This document shows positions 39,631 to 54,087 of a stretch of 64,000 nt of DNA, one piece after another. The stretch covers positions 73,160,001-73,224,000 of the forward strand of contig NC_043005.1 of assembly GCF_006345805.1 (NCBI RefSeq). Direction: 5' to 3'. The translations under genes and the position numbers were made by a program. Source of the stretch: Octopus sinensis. Lineage: Eukaryota. The notes below the pieces were generated by a model that was given only the letters and a program-made list of their open reading frames with translations, searched no databases and had not been told where the DNA came from. Position 1 is the stretch's first letter, and every line of letters starts with the position of its first letter.

Positions 39631-42161
39631 TTCTATTTCAGACGCAACCGGCCAACACTCCATGAATGTCAAAAGATATATATTTAAGCCCAGTATTAGA
39701 AAAAGATAAACAAACAGATTACCCCTAACAGTAACAACCTGAAATACTATAACCTCATCCTGTGATGAGGAAGTAAGAATACTTGAAGTTGAAAATCTTC
39801 GAAATATCGATGAAGTCATGAAAGGAAAACGACAAAAATATCTCAAAAGAAAGACAGTGAAGATAAAACCAAGAAAACTGGTGACGAGAAACAATTCTAT
39901 CAAAACAACAATGATACACCACCAAGGAAAATAATTTATACAGGAGGTCTAAAAATAACCACCCTTCAAAAATTAAACAAACAATTATTAGACAAAGATT
40001 ATTCGTTTGTGGTGTCACAGATTTTCGGAAAGAATGAGAATGACACAAAAAATGGTTCAGCTAGTAAATTAAAACCATGAAAAATATAGATTATTGGTTA
40101 ATTTAAATCTAAGAGATTATAACGAAGTTAAAAGTGTATACCCCAAAGACGTTGACGTTATTTAAAAGCAAATATCTTAAACATGCTTAACGCTATATTT
40201 CGCTTCAATCCTACACAAACAATTGATTAGTGGTTAGGTTATGGAGTACAAAACCCCAACTTAACAGCATTATTGACTGTTTTATTGTACATTTTATTTA
40301 TTACCGTGCAAATTTATGTACTCTTAGAACCTTACCTCTCTCATCCATATATACTATTCATATATTTCTACCCCTCCCCCTTGCTTGTTTGTTGGCTTGT
40401 TTTACACACTCCGCTGTTTTTTTTCTGTATATCCCATCTCGACTGCGAAAGAAATCTTGTGGCTAATACAGAAAATATTATTTTAAAATATTGTCATACT
40501 AAACAGTTTCGAAGAAAATATATTCATGTAAAGTCATTTAACAGGTTAGAATACATTCAGAAGTGAAAAGGTCTTTCAGCGAGTAAAAAGCTCCGAAAGA
40601 AAATGCCTTTTTCTAGACATGTGCTGAAATGCATTTTGATTTGTGATTTGTGATTGCATTTCATCACATCATAGTTGACAAAATAAGTACCTGTAAAGTG
40701 TAGTTAATCATACTTATTCCTGGTGTTTGTGCCTTGTGCTAATGTTAGAAATATTAGAAAGAATAGATATGTAGAGGATGAATGATAGAGTCAAGAAATT
40801 AAATGATTTAGATCTGTTTCTCATTATTGCTAGGGCTCAAAATATAGGAACTTAACCCGATTTTAATGGCACACAAATGATTGAAATTACAAAACCCCCA
40901 CTTGTGCAGCACGCTAGTGCTTCTGAGGGTCAACATTCCAACTAATGTCGGAATTAATTTACAGCTGTGTGGACTGGAGCAACGCAAAATGAAGTATTTT
41001 GCTTGAGAACACTATGCACCGCCATGTCCGGAATCTAGACCACGGTCTTACGATAGTTCGTGAAACATCCTGAAAAGTAGGCAACATGCTTTTACTGTTA
41101 AATTGCGTTAATGACTTTCGTTGAAAGGCAGGATGGGATGCAAACGCTAACAGTGTGATTTCGTATTTAATTTGCCAATAAAAATAGGTAGTTATAAGTT
41201 TTAAGATTTGTTCAGTCGAACCTACCATACTTCATCTGAGTTCTGATCCTGGTTAATAGAGATAGGGAATTTTTAAAGAGGCTTTTATGTAAATGGTTAC
41301 AAAAAAAATGTAATCACTCTTTCTCTAAGTTTTGCAAGAATTTATCAATTAATCTTCGGTGTTCACCACAGAAATTAAAACATCTGATTTCAGTGGCTTT
41401 GCGATACTTAATGGAGTCAATTGCACTATGAAATATAGAACAACTTAATCCCACATACGTTAATGTTATAAAGAGATTCCCTGTGTCGGTTAAGATATTG
41501 TCATATTAATAATAATAATAATAATAATAAGTAATATTTTAAACTTCTGCAGCTAATCATCTTAAACGATGCAAATAAATATTATAGATGGTTAAGATAA
41601 ATATGTCCATAATCATCACTTCTGATTGCCCAGAGTTAAATGGATTAAGGATTAATCCATGGTTTGTATATTCGTGGGAATATTGATTATTGTTATCGGC
41701 CGGCTCGATCGGAATTGAATTGACATGAGGCCATTTTAGTTACGTACGTGAAATATGGTATGCAGAATTATTATTCTCAGAAAAAATACTAAAAGTCTAA
41801 CTGTTATTACGCTCTCATCCATGCGAAGCTAATTCAATACATTAGTAACTTCCATTATTTTTCTTCTACAATAATGTGTATATAATATTGATTTGTTTAT
41901 GTGGTGATGAGACCAAATGTTTAACAGAGAGTAAATGTCACACTTGACGGTTTCGAACAGATTTAGCTGCGTAAATGAAAAGAACAGTAGATTTAATAGG
42001 ACAGAGAGACCAAGTACGAAAGAGAAATCAAGCAAATTTGAGAACATACTACAAGGATCGAAACGAAATTATATCTGTTAGGCTCTTTAAGAAAATTAAA
42101 TGAATATATAGATACTAACAAAACACACTCGCATAAATATACACAAACATGTTATATTAAG

Positions 42162-42193
<32 letters not shown>

Positions 42194-43121
42194 GAAATGA
42201 GGTACTCAGAAGATCGGATGGTTTATATTTACAGATATTTATTTATATATTACATTTATATATATATATATATCATATGACTTAGATCATTAGCACTTTC
42301 TCCCATTCTAGTGGGGGTTTCAAATCAAACTAAGTTCCTGTGTGAGGAATTTTGATCATTTTATAGAGTTTCGTAGTGGTGGGGAGGAATATAAGACAGT
42401 ACAAGAGGATGATGGATGAGGAGAAAGTGAGAGAGAGAGAAAGAACATGTATGTATGTGTGTGTGTGTGTGTGTGCTAAAGAGAAAGAGGGGAAGGGAGA
42501 GGGAAGAAGAAAATATTTTTTTTGGTCTGCTGGACAGAATATTGACTCCAATGGGGTTCTAAGGCCTTAGGAAAAAAAAAGAATTTCAGCTTTGACCACT
42601 TCACAGTGTCACTGAGAGTGTGGTGGTGGGGGGGGGGGGCAAGCCATAAATTATATTTCCGTTTATCATTCTGAGAATGGTCAAATGCTTTTGTTGGGTT
42701 TAAGAATTCTTTCCACTTTTTATGATCGTTTTGTGGAGGTGTGTGTGTGTGTCTGTGTGTGTGTCCGTGTGTGTTTGTGTGTATGTGTGTGGGTGTGTGC
42801 GTGTGTGCGTGTGTGGGTGTCTGTGTGTTTGGAGAAGGGAAGAGAGAGAAAAAAGAAAAACAAAAATAAGGGAGGAAGGGGTAAAATTGTGTTGATATTT
42901 ATACCACTATATATATATATACATACTTATACATGAAATATTAGAAAAAAAAACACCTTTTATCGATTCAAAATGGACTTCCTGGTGAAGGCTTGATAAT
43001 CTGTTTTTGCCTTATGATCATCTAGGGTTCGAGTTGGTTGATTCCCTTAAGAAGTCACTGGTTTGGTGTACTCGATGCTTATTTGTTTGTTTCTGAGACA
43101 CACACACACATACAAACACAC

Positions 43122-43190
<69 letters not shown>

Positions 43191-43193
43191 GAA

Positions 43194-43498
43194 GGCGCAT
43201 GGCTCAGTGGTTAGAGCGTCGAGCTTACGATCGTGAGGTTGTGAGCTCGAATCCCGGACCGGGCTGCGTGTTGTGTTCTTGAGCAAGGCACTTTATTTCA
43301 CGTTGCTCCAGTTCACTCAGCTGTAGAAATGAGTTGCGACGTCACATGTGCCAAGCTGTATCGACCTTTGTCTTTCCCTTGGATAACACTGGTGGCGTGG
43401 AGAGGGGAGGCTGGTATGCATGGGCGACTGCTGGCCTTCCATAAACAACCTTGCCCGGACTTGTGTCTAGGAGGGTAACTTTCTAGTTGCAATCCCAT
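43194..43498 (+). mobile_element. tRNA-derived SINE family C
   Basis: TGGCTCAGTGGTTAGAGCG (A box), gagctcgaatccc (B box), then cttgagcaaggcacttt...cagctgtagaaatgag (CORE-like from memory); flanked by (TA)n. Confidence 0.85.
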
Positions 43499-43675
43499 AT
43501 ATATATATATATATACATATATATTGATAAAAATGGTAACTCATACACAGGCACACAGACACGCATATTTACATTCACAGACAAATTTATAAGGCAATGG
43601 GTAACAAGTCAAGGCAACTGGAGAGGGACAAGTTTTAATATATGTATTAGCTAATGTTTACGAAGAAAGGAAAGA

Positions 43676-43713
43676 TTCTTGACTTTTCGGAAATATTTCC
43701 CTCATCAAAACAA
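43676..43713 (-). ncRNA. Decayed hammerhead-like motif downstream of a pyrimidine-rich segment (Penelope-like 3' end)
   Basis: ttgtt-TTGATGA-g-ggaa atat ttcc-GAAA-ag-TC-aagaa. Confidence 0.45.
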
Positions 43714-44803
43714 TAGAGTTTGGGAAAAATGAGGAAAGGTGATGAAGAATAAAAAAAGAACAGAAATAAAATTTAGTTTCCAGGTGCAAATGCGGTCCTA
43801 GGGTAAGATTTAGGATGGAAGGGATGAGTAGGCGAGGTAGTGCATCTACGTAAAATAGGTTATCCGAGTATGAGATAAGCTGAGTGAAGGTGTGTGATTA
43901 CTTGAGGTGTGTGGCGGTATATGAAGATGCAAACGTGTGGGAGTGTAGTAGCGTGGGATAGTGGGGTGTGAGAATATGCTGCGTAGGTGTGGTCGTATTC
44001 TACGACAGTAGGAGGCGTGGGAGAGGTGAAAAGGAAGGTAAGAGAAACTAGTAAAGAAAATTATATAGATAATGAATAAATTTTAATATAGTTGTATGTA
44101 TAAATGTACGTTTGCACACATATACATATACACTGTTCACTGCAATGACGTGTTTATTCCAATATCCCTGATTCTTTATTCTATATCACATTGAGGTTTT
44201 TCTTTTACGCTGTTATTTACGCTGTTATTCTATTCCCCACCACCGAACCGCATTTCATTTGTTCCATTTACAGACATTTTACATAAAATATGAATATATA
44301 TTTCTCCTTAATTACATTGTTGCTTCTTTACAATTTTCATTCTTTACTAAGAGCTAAACACACCATATCACTCTATCTTTCTTACCTTTTCACACTCAAT
44401 TACTCTCTCCTTTTCACTTTCCATAGTTCTGTATTTGCACTCACCGCCTCTCTCTTTCTCTCTCTTTCTCTCTCTCTTCCTCCCTCTCAATTTCTCTCTC
44501 TTTCATTCATTGTGGATCATTCACTGTAGATAATAGCTATTTTCTTATACCTTCCGAATATATATTTTGCTTTCTTTCTTAATGTTGCATTACATTCAAT
44601 AGGTCTGACCGCTTCCAAATTCCCAGGCTGGGCTGTCACAGTATCTGCCTATCAGTTTATTTATCAATCTATCAATATATATCCCTAAATGCAAATACTG
44701 ATAGGGCACAGATAGTGTGTCAATAGCCAGCTGGAGATATGTTCCTGGGACTACAAGCTACATTAGCATCGACCCTTAAGAGTTAGGCACATTTAGGTAG
44801 TAA

Positions 44804-44836
<33 letters not shown>

Positions 44837-44870
44837 CATACATACATACATACATACATACATACATACA

Positions 44871-44900
<30 letters not shown>

Positions 44901-44901
<1 letters not shown>

Positions 44902-45112
44902 CCTTTCTACTAAAGGCATGAGGCCTGAAATTTGAGGCGGGAGGACTAGTCAATGACATCGACTCCAGTGTTTTACTGGTACTTAATTTATCAATCCTAG
45001 CAGGATGAAAGGCAAAGTCGACCTCGGCGGAATTTGAACTCAGAACCTAGCAGCAGACGAAATACGGCTAAGCATTTCACCCGGTGTGCTAACGATTCTA
45101 CCAGCCCGCCAC
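44901..45112 (-). mobile_element. SINE family B, short tail
   Basis: Reverse complement of the family B head, core and short tail. Confidence 0.85.
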
Positions 45113-45664
45113 TTTATGTAAATGTATATATGTGTGTGTGTGTTTGTGTGTGTGTGTGCTTGTTTGTGTATTTGTTGAGGTATTTGAACGTAAAGTGTAA
45201 AAGTAGTGAATATTGGAGATTCGTTCAGCAGCAGCGAGTGATAAGACCAAATGCATTCCAACCCTTTTATCTCTTTTCACGAACAAGCAGGCATCCACAT
45301 ACTCGCACGAGAATTCATCCCCTCTCAGAAAGGGAATAAAACAATCACTGATGTTGCAAAAAGTTACCCAGCTGAATAAAAATCCGGTATGCGCATTTAA
45401 GGCAGCATCAAAATAAAGAAAGTCATCTATGCATCATGTTCAATGTATACATGGTGCATATTTGTATGAATACATATATATGTGGTGGGGAGACGGGGGA
45501 GAGATATGCATATGATTACACCTCTCTTAATGAGAAAAGGATTGGATACTAATGACTGAAGTAAAGTGTCCTAGAGGTTTGGTGGTTCATACCTGTATGG
45601 ACATGGAACCGGTGCACAAAAGAGCTGCCGAAAGATATGGTCTCAAACGGTATTCATTCTATCA

Positions 45665-45895
45665 AGGTGGCGAGCTGGCAGAAACGTTAGCACGCCGGGT
45701 GAAATGCTTAGCGGCATTTCGTCTGCGTTACGTTGTGAGTTCAAATTCCGCCGAGGTCGACTTTGCCTTTCATCCTTTCGGGGTCGATAAATTAAGTACC
45801 AGTTACGTACTGGGGTCGATATAATCGACTTAATACCTATGTCTGTCCTTGTTTGTCCCCTCTGTGTTTAGCCCCTTGTGGGTAATAAAGAAATA
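45665..45895 (+). mobile_element. SINE family B, long tail, with 16-bp TSD
   Basis: GGTATTCATTCTATCA at 45649-45664 and 45896-45911. Confidence 0.92.
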
Positions 45896-46590
45896 GGTAT
45901 TCATTCTATCAGCCAATCTGGAGTATACAGAGATAATGTCTGAACTACACACTGATTTGCACTCACAATATGCACAATAAAATTACTATTATGTTATATA
46001 ACATTTGTAACGTATGTGTGTTATGTTATTGGAAAGACAGAAGGTTCAGTATTTTATCCAGAAAAACTCCCGTCATAGACGTATTGGCTGGTCCGATTTC
46101 GTTTACTTTAGAGCTGCATCTAATGCATTTGGCGAATTTTATTCTGAGTATGCGGCACCATTGTAAACCAAATTACAGTTTATACGCTATATTTTATACT
46201 TCAGACTCGTTCCGGAAGTGACATAAGAAGCCGCAACAGCGCTGAAATTCGTATCTGCCTCTCTCGAAGTCAATTCTGGCACAATTTCGTTTCATCTAGC
46301 TTTGAAGTACTGTGTTTTTTTCTCTTTTTATTTTTTTACCGCAGTAAGTCTATAAACTGATCTTTCTCAAAAGATCTTATAAGGTCTGGCTTCTTCCAGG
46401 ACACATATAAATTGAGTACTTTATTTAAAACTTTTAATCGCGCAATGTTTCTGCTGCATAATTCAAATTTTGTTGGGATATACAGAAATTGCAATCCAGC
46501 AATAATCCTAAGAAAATTCTAGAGATTAATCACCAAACCTCAAGACAATATCCCTGCTAATTAAATTAGTTTGTAATAGCTTCGAAATTC

Positions 46591-46982
<392 letters not shown>

Positions 46983-48247
46983 TGTATCTTCCATGAAAAG
47001 ACGGAGTATGTGGACTAATACAGCTGCAACCGAAAGTGGAATTGATGCATTTCAGAAATTATTGACTCACTGATGGCTACACCTCCAGATTTAATAACCT
47101 AAGATTTTATTGCAAATGTCCTAGCTTTGCGGTCTCAGACAACCTCACATATACACTCCACTCCTATTTCTATCAATGAGCCTTGATACATGGTGAAAAA
47201 GCAACGTACATAGATTTAGAAAACTGGCCGTACAGCATTTTTTACTGCTTGCCCTAGGAACACGCAATATATCTCCCGTGCATCTTCTTTTGGGATTTCT
47301 CCTCTAAATCCCAGTCGCCACCTGAATGGACAAGACGAAATTATCGCTACCTATGTAACTATCTGTCAATCTTGTGTTGAGGAAACCCGAAAACTTCGAT
47401 ACTAGCCTCTAGGTAAATATTTACCTCACTATCTCTGGATAGCACTTTTCTTAGGATTTAGTTCTCATGCGCAAGCAACCATTACTGTATGTCTTATATA
47501 ACTCTATTAAAATGTTTCTATCAAGACCGCTTACGAAACTTCCATTTAGTGCATACAAAATTTTCCTTCTCTGCATGAGAAAGGGGCATGTAAAGGTCCT
47601 CCTTGCCGGATCCTAGAATAATCTTACGGACATGAGAGTCAATCATGATAAAATCCTAACGAAATTATTTCTCAGAGAGTGATTTGGCTGTCTAGAATTT
47701 TCTTATTGGATTCGATATTTGTAAAGTGGTATACAAATCTGTCAGTTATTCTTGTCGTTGTTGCCGTTATCGGTGACTTTTGTTATTGCTGTCTCTGTTA
47801 TAGTTGTCGTTTTTTATTGTATCTGTCGCTGTTTCAATTGTTGATATCTTTGTTTTTATTATTTTAAATTGAGATGTCAAAATCTCTAATTAAAACCCAC
47901 AATAACATCATTATATTCTGTTTCAAAATATTGATGCATTTTTTTACAATATTCATTTTCATACTTTTCTACTTTCTTTGTTTTCTGTGAATCTTAAGGC
48001 GTTTGTTTTGGGGCAGTTCGTCGCCAACATTCTGAATTGAATATCAGCTAACAAATAAATGATTTAAAATGACATTTTTGCCGAATTTCGACGAAAGCAT
48101 AATGAAAGATTTGCTCAGGTTTCTTTAAATTAATTCAAACAATTTGAACATCATTTTGTAAAGAATGAGAGGAAAGACCCGAAATCGAGTGCGATGTAAC
48201 GAATGTCTTCCCACCTAATAATAATAACAGTAGAAAAAACAGCAAAA

Positions 48248-48375
48248 TGAAGAAGAAGAAGAAGAAGAAGAAGAAGAAGAAGAAGAAGAAGAAGAAGAAG
48301 AAGAAGAAGAAAAAGAAGAAGAAGAAGAAGAAGAAGAAAAAGAAGAACAAGAACAACAGCAACAACAACAACAAT
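48248..48375. repeat. (GAA)n/(CAA)n microsatellite
   Basis: Directly visible; source of the poly-K/F pseudo-ORFs. Confidence 0.95.
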
Positions 48376-48574
48376 AATTTCATTTATTTGCCACAAGGGC
48401 GAATAATGTGGGAGCAATACAAAGACAGACATACAATGTGGGCGTCTACATATAATGAAATGATAAAAAATTATAAATAAATAAAAGAAAGAAAGAAAGA
48501 AGGAAGGAAAAGTATACACGGTATACGCTGAAAAGAGGTACATATGCATAGCATACAAACGTTTAAAGAAAAAA

Positions 48575-49432
48575 GTGGCCAGGAGGATAATATGGGCAAT
48601 GCCTCAGAGAAATCGAAGGAAAAGACAAGATCAATACTTGGAGATGGCTAAGAAAAAGTAATCTGAAAGGATTGATATCCAGCGCTCAGGAACAAGCTCT
48701 GAAAACTAATTACATCAGTTCCAAATAGATAAGAATAGCGAATCGGTCCTTTGTGTGGCAGTAGCAAGGGAGCAATCTCATATTATGAGTGTAGCAAGCT
48801 GGCCCCAAAAGAACTTCAAAAGGACGCAGGATAACGTGGCTAAGTTCTTCCTCTGCAGGGTATGTGAAAAGTACGGTCTGAACACAGCACGGAAATAGTA
48901 TGATCACGAACCAGAAGGAGTCACTGGAAACAAGGAACATAAGGTACTGTGGGATTTTACAATCCAAAGTAACTCCCAAATCAAGGCTTGGAGACCAGAT
49001 ATTGCTGTGATAGATAAAGGAATAAAAGGAAACCAAGGTCATAGATATTGCAATACCTGGAGATGCACGCATAAGTGACAAATAACTAGAAAAGATTGAA
49101 AACTACGGAGTACTTAAAGACGAAATTGCAAGAATGTGGACTATAAGGAGAGTGTCTGTCATTCCAGTAGTTGTAGGGGCACTCGGAGCACTAACAAACT
49201 ATTTCGAGAAATATGTAAAAAAAATCGGAATTGACGTGAGAACAGAGTAAGCCCCCAAAATTTATCTGTTGTGGACAGCTCGGATTTTGAGATTGGTATT
49301 TAGATCTTGAATGTCTCACACTATAATTAACAGCCAAGTATCAAAGTTTATAATGTGCGGAAAGCGACCCCATGAGACCTCTGGCAGCAGGCTGCTGTCC
49401 GCTCTCAGAATGTTCCGAGAAGTAAAACGATA
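48575..49432 (+). mobile_element. R4/Dong-like LINE 3' portion (decayed)
   Basis: TWRWLRKSNLK, SAQEQALKTNY, HEPEGV..KVLWDFTIQ..WRPDIAVIDK, VIDIAIPGD, EIARMW..VIPVVVGALG, TARILR; ends in taataataat. Confidence 0.85.
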
Positions 49433-49586
49433 TTAATAATAATAATTACGGAGATGTACTTCCATAGCAAGTGACATGATCTGAGATCGTGTGCTGGAAT
49501 GAAAACAATTGCAGCATGGAAGGTGTTTATCAAGTCATTTAAGAAACATAAAAACCGTTAGATTTACTTCAAGATTTAAATTAAAT

Positions 49587-49631
49587 TTGTCAAAATATTT
49601 TCGTTGCATTTAGGCCGCGACCGGTTCACTG

Positions 49632-49635
<4 letters not shown>
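49587..49635 (-). ncRNA. Degenerate hammerhead-like motif (G3-C8 family)
   Basis: ttatca-GTGAACC-g-gtcgc..gcaac-GAAA-atat-TT-tgacaa; homologous to 27843-27889. Confidence 0.4.
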
Positions 49636-49686
<51 letters not shown>

Positions 49687-49702
49687 CAACAACAACAACA
49701 TC

Positions 49703-49734
<32 letters not shown>

Positions 49735-49772
49735 TAATAATAATAATAATAACAATAATAATAATAATAACA

Positions 49773-50038
49773 ATAATTGGAGCTTTAGGAGCAGTTTCCA
49801 ATGGCTTTAGAAATTATATTAAGAATACTGGAGCTGCTATCAGGCTCGAGGTGATCCAGAAGACAGCATTATTGGGTACAGCTCGCATTCAAAGGAGGGC
49901 ATTGTCTATTTGAGTTTAAAAGAAGGCATTACTTGAAACCTTTGGTAATTTGCTATTGCCTGTTTTCAAGTAAAGAATAACAGATAATTAAGAACTATCC
50001 GAGAATCTTTCAGAATAACAATAATAACAATAATAATG
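49773..50038 (+). mobile_element. R4/Dong-like LINE extreme 3' end
   Basis: IIGALGAVSNGFRNYIKNTGAAIRLEVIQKTALLGTARIQRRALSI*; (AAT)n on both sides. Confidence 0.8.
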
Positions 50039-50297
50039 GTCGCTCCCGGCAGTTACGCTGTTTGAAGGAGAGGATTTAAAGAGAGTAATAGGAAGTAAAA
50101 AAAAAATACTAAGAAGCTGCTTTTATTTGCGATGGATGCATGAATGTAATTTGAGTCCAGGTATAGATTTAGCTATGAAGTCACAATGGTGACATTGATG
50201 ATTATGATGTACGTAGTAGATTGGCCGAGATGTTAGAGCGGCGGTATTTTGGTTACATCTGTGTCCGAGTTCAAATCCAATCTGGTCCGTTTTCTAT

Positions 50298-50665
50298 AGG
50301 CCTAGGAATGGATGTGTGGTAAGTAGCTTGCCTAACAACCACATGGTTCCGGGTTCAGTCCAACTGCGTGGCACCTTGGATAAGTGTATTCGACTATAGC
50401 CTCGGGCCGACCAAAGCCTTGTGAGTGAATTTGGTAGACGGAAACTGAAAAAAGCCTGTCGTATATATGTATATATATATGTAAGTGTGTGTATATTTTG
50501 TGTGACCGTGTTTGTCCCCCACCCAACATCGCTTGACAACCGATGGTGGTGTGTTTACGTCCCCTTAACATAGCGGTTCGGCAAAAGAGATCGATAGAAT
50601 AAGTACTAGGCTTACAAAGAATAAGTCCTGGCCCCAGTCAAATGACTGAAACAAGTAAAAGAGAC
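50298..50665 (+). mobile_element. SINE family A (deletion in 3' part)
   Basis: Family A head, body and tail. Confidence 0.88.
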
Positions 50666-51424
50666 TAGGTAAGTATGTCTGTTGGTTGCAGAATATAGTT
50701 CTTCTATTGTGCTTTTTCTTCAACTCAAATTGTTTTGATGCACCGTGAACGATTTTACGCCATGCAGTTCGATCGCAGCAATGACTTTCCTACGATGTCA
50801 AGTTAAGCTGTAGAGATTTTAGTGATTGTTTCACCGTATCCGTATACCTCAAGACAGGTCTTCCTTTGCCGCGGTATCTCTCCACTTATGAAAGGCAATG
50901 TCGACTTCGAACACATTTGAATTCTGAATATAAAGCCAGAAGAGATGTCATGAAGCTAACAATTCTGTCACCTCGCTGCCTTAACAGTAGTCATAATAAT
51001 GATGATGATGACGATGATGGTGATGATGCAGATAATAATGATGAAGATGATGATGATGATGATTCATTATCTTGAGTAAGTACAAGACTTTAGACTTAGT
51101 TAAATGTAATTTTATAATAAAGAACTCCCTACTACAGATTGCCAGTATATATGCGACTAAGAAAATTGATTTGCGTGGAATATTTTTTGTTGTTATTTCT
51201 TTCTTTTTGCCTTCGCAGGGCGATTATTGTAATGGACAAAACGACTGACAATTGATTTCGTGCATAAATAATAGCTACGAACTCTCAAAAAGATTCCTGC
51301 CTTTTGGCAATACAATATCCTATGATTGTATTATCTACATTATACACCATCGAGAATTCCTGTGTATACTGTATTCAACACGAAATGAGAAAAGTAAAAG
51401 AAATACTACATACAAGTAACACTA

Positions 51425-51494
<70 letters not shown>

Positions 51495-52277
51495 TGATGA
51501 TGATGATGATAATAATAACAATAATAATAAATCGACATAGCAGTTACTTGAGAATATCGAAAGGAGAATAGCAACATTTGTTGAAGCGCAAACCAAAGTG
51601 ATAAATTGGTAAATAACAATGCTATCTAAAAGTTTAATGAGCAGAACGAAATCTCGGAATACAGGAAACGTTCATCATTGTAATGAAAGTGTTATGTGGC
51701 TTCAGACAAGCACATTAGGCTCCGTTTTTGTTAGTTAAAGCAATGAATCGATTCTACTTGCTATTTTATTTCCAATTGACGAGTACAAAGGACATCATCA
51801 AGTGTTATTTTTTTTTCTGGTTTGTTGAGTGGCAGAAATGAGTGTTTCAACACTTACATTGTTTAGTTTCGTTTCGTTCGGATTTTATTTTTCCTTCGGC
51901 TTGGAAGGGCGCAGTAGTAATAGAATCGGCTGAAGTTGGATAGCAGAATGAAAGTTCGTGTCATCACCCAAGCCCATAAAAGGACAAGAACTCAGCTAAC
52001 TGTAAGTTAATGAAGCACTCGTTAATTATACAGTGTTCCCTTTCTTTACAGCAGTGAGCTCCCCCAATGTGTAGAATCTTTTCACTGTTACGTCAGTGAA
52101 ATAAGACATATTCTATGCTATACAGGAAATATAACACGAATCGCTGACACTTTTGTCGATAGCCTGATACTTTAACATGTCGCCAATTCGCAATTCTTGT
52201 GTAGCATCAAACAAATGAAATTAATAGTTACTTTAAAGCGAGTGATCGAAGATAACTCTCAGTTTGGGTTTTCACCA

Positions 52278-52840
52278 AAGTGGTGAGCTGGCAGAATCGT
52301 TAGTAGGCCGATTAAAACGCTTAGCTGCATTTCGTCCGTCTTTATGTTCTGAGTACAAATTCTGCCGAGGTCGATTTCGCCCTTCGTCCTTTCTGGGTGT
52401 ATAAAATGAGTATCAGTTGAGCGTTGGCGTCGATGTAATCGACTTCCCTCTCTCCGAAATCGGTAACCTTGCGCCAAAATTTGAAATCAATATTTGCGTT
52501 TTCGAGCAAATTTTGTACACCGCTTATGTATACCGTATTTGATGACATGAAACGCATTCACCCAAAAGATGCCCCGAAAAATCACCCAGGGTCATCTATG
52601 TGAAGCTGGAAATATATTACTAGCGTTAATGCTCTAAAAACATTTCTCTTGAATATACGCTGCTGATAAGTCGATGATCTGGCAGAATCGTTAGAACTCT
52701 AGGCGACATGCATAGCGGTATTTCGTCTGTCTTTACGTTCTGAGTTCAAATTCCGCCGAGGTCGACTTTGCCGTTCGTCCTTTCGGAGTCGATAAATTAA
52801 GTACCAGTTGCATACTGGGGTCGATCTAATCGAATGGCGG
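52278..52840 (+). mobile_element. Two SINE family B copies (52278-52493, 52675-52840)
   Basis: ctggcagaatcgttag...ttctgagt(t/a)caaattc..gccgaggtcga in both. Confidence 0.8.
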
Positions 52841-53883
52841 CCCCATGCTGATATTAGTGTGTGTCAAATATGCTTGTGCGTCTTTTGCGCCACAAATACA
52901 GTAGGTTTCTCTAACTTTTCATACGAATTTCTCCCTCCATTTATCGTACCAAGGTACTACGAACCAGCAAAAGTGTCCATTATCTGCTCAAGCTACATAA
53001 GGCTGTCACGTATCGTTACGAAACAATCAGTGTTGTGTTTATCGTGGATATAATTTAGGTTCTAAATCTTAGATATATATCCCGACATGAACGAAGGAGT
53101 GGATAATGTTGGCAAGAAATATTCAATTATCCAGTTGAAAAATATTATTGATACGTTTATAACTAAAAAAAAAAAAGCCGTTGATACTGAGTGTGATAAA
53201 TCAAACTAACTTGAAACTAAAAACGAACAGAGTCAATTAGATGACTTTGCGTTCTTGCAATGCTTTGCAGAAGAGCTTGACAACATTAACATTAGCAACA
53301 ACTATGACCACAACAATAATATTCTCTGTTTGGTTACACACTTTACAATGCCTTCTACTATAAAAGTTTTCTTCAACTATGACTGCCACGCCTTTTATTC
53401 TCACACAGTGTGTTAAGAACAACGCAGACGCACCTTCCTTAACCTGGTCTCAAAGATTGGGAATGGCTCATATGTTGACTCCTATTTCTAATTGAAGAGT
53501 AGTTAGAAGTACAGACATAACCATTTCGAGTAAGACAGTTACAAATCTACACATAGGAGGAAGGAGTCCTAACCTAAGATTGCAGTTGTGGCTTTTGGTG
53601 ACAGGGACCAAATCCGGTAGAGATAATTGTGACTGAGTAAATCCTTTAGGGAGGGCACTGATCACCTAAATCATTGACAAGGATTAAATACAAATAAATG
53701 GAAATCACCAGCAAACAGGGAGAAATTATCGTCTGTAATAAATTAGCAGAATGATTAGAGCGTTGGAAAATACCTTTGTTTCGGCATTTTAGGTTCTGTG
53801 TTCAAATTCTACATAAAAATAATGACAGTCAAGAGCTGGACTCAATCTCTCTCTCTCTCTTTCTTTCTCTCTCTCTCACCCCC

Positions 53884-53939
<56 letters not shown>

Positions 53940-54048
53940 ACCAATATATATATACATATATATATACATATATATATGTCTATATTCCTCGTGTTCCTTT
54001 CTGCTTGTTTATACACATGTCTTCGTCCTTTGTTTTTCTCTAAATTTC

Positions 54049-54087
<39 letters not shown>

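Noticed and set aside
43194-43265. tRNA genes at SINE heads (also 18538 and 35841)
   Set aside because: A/B boxes are present but the acceptor stems do not close, and the heads continue into SINE bodies or tails.
46990-47720. Non-repetitive-looking stretch, possible old LINE
   Set aside because: No recognisable motif in the frames I could read.
51200-51360. Acceptor-like site or Penelope RT-like words (AIIVMDK, STLYTI)
   Set aside because: Too short and interrupted by stops to support either reading.
51530-51620. Seventh R4-like fragment (IDIAVT*EYR after AAT repeats)
   Set aside because: Only a 5-residue resemblance; downstream motifs are absent.
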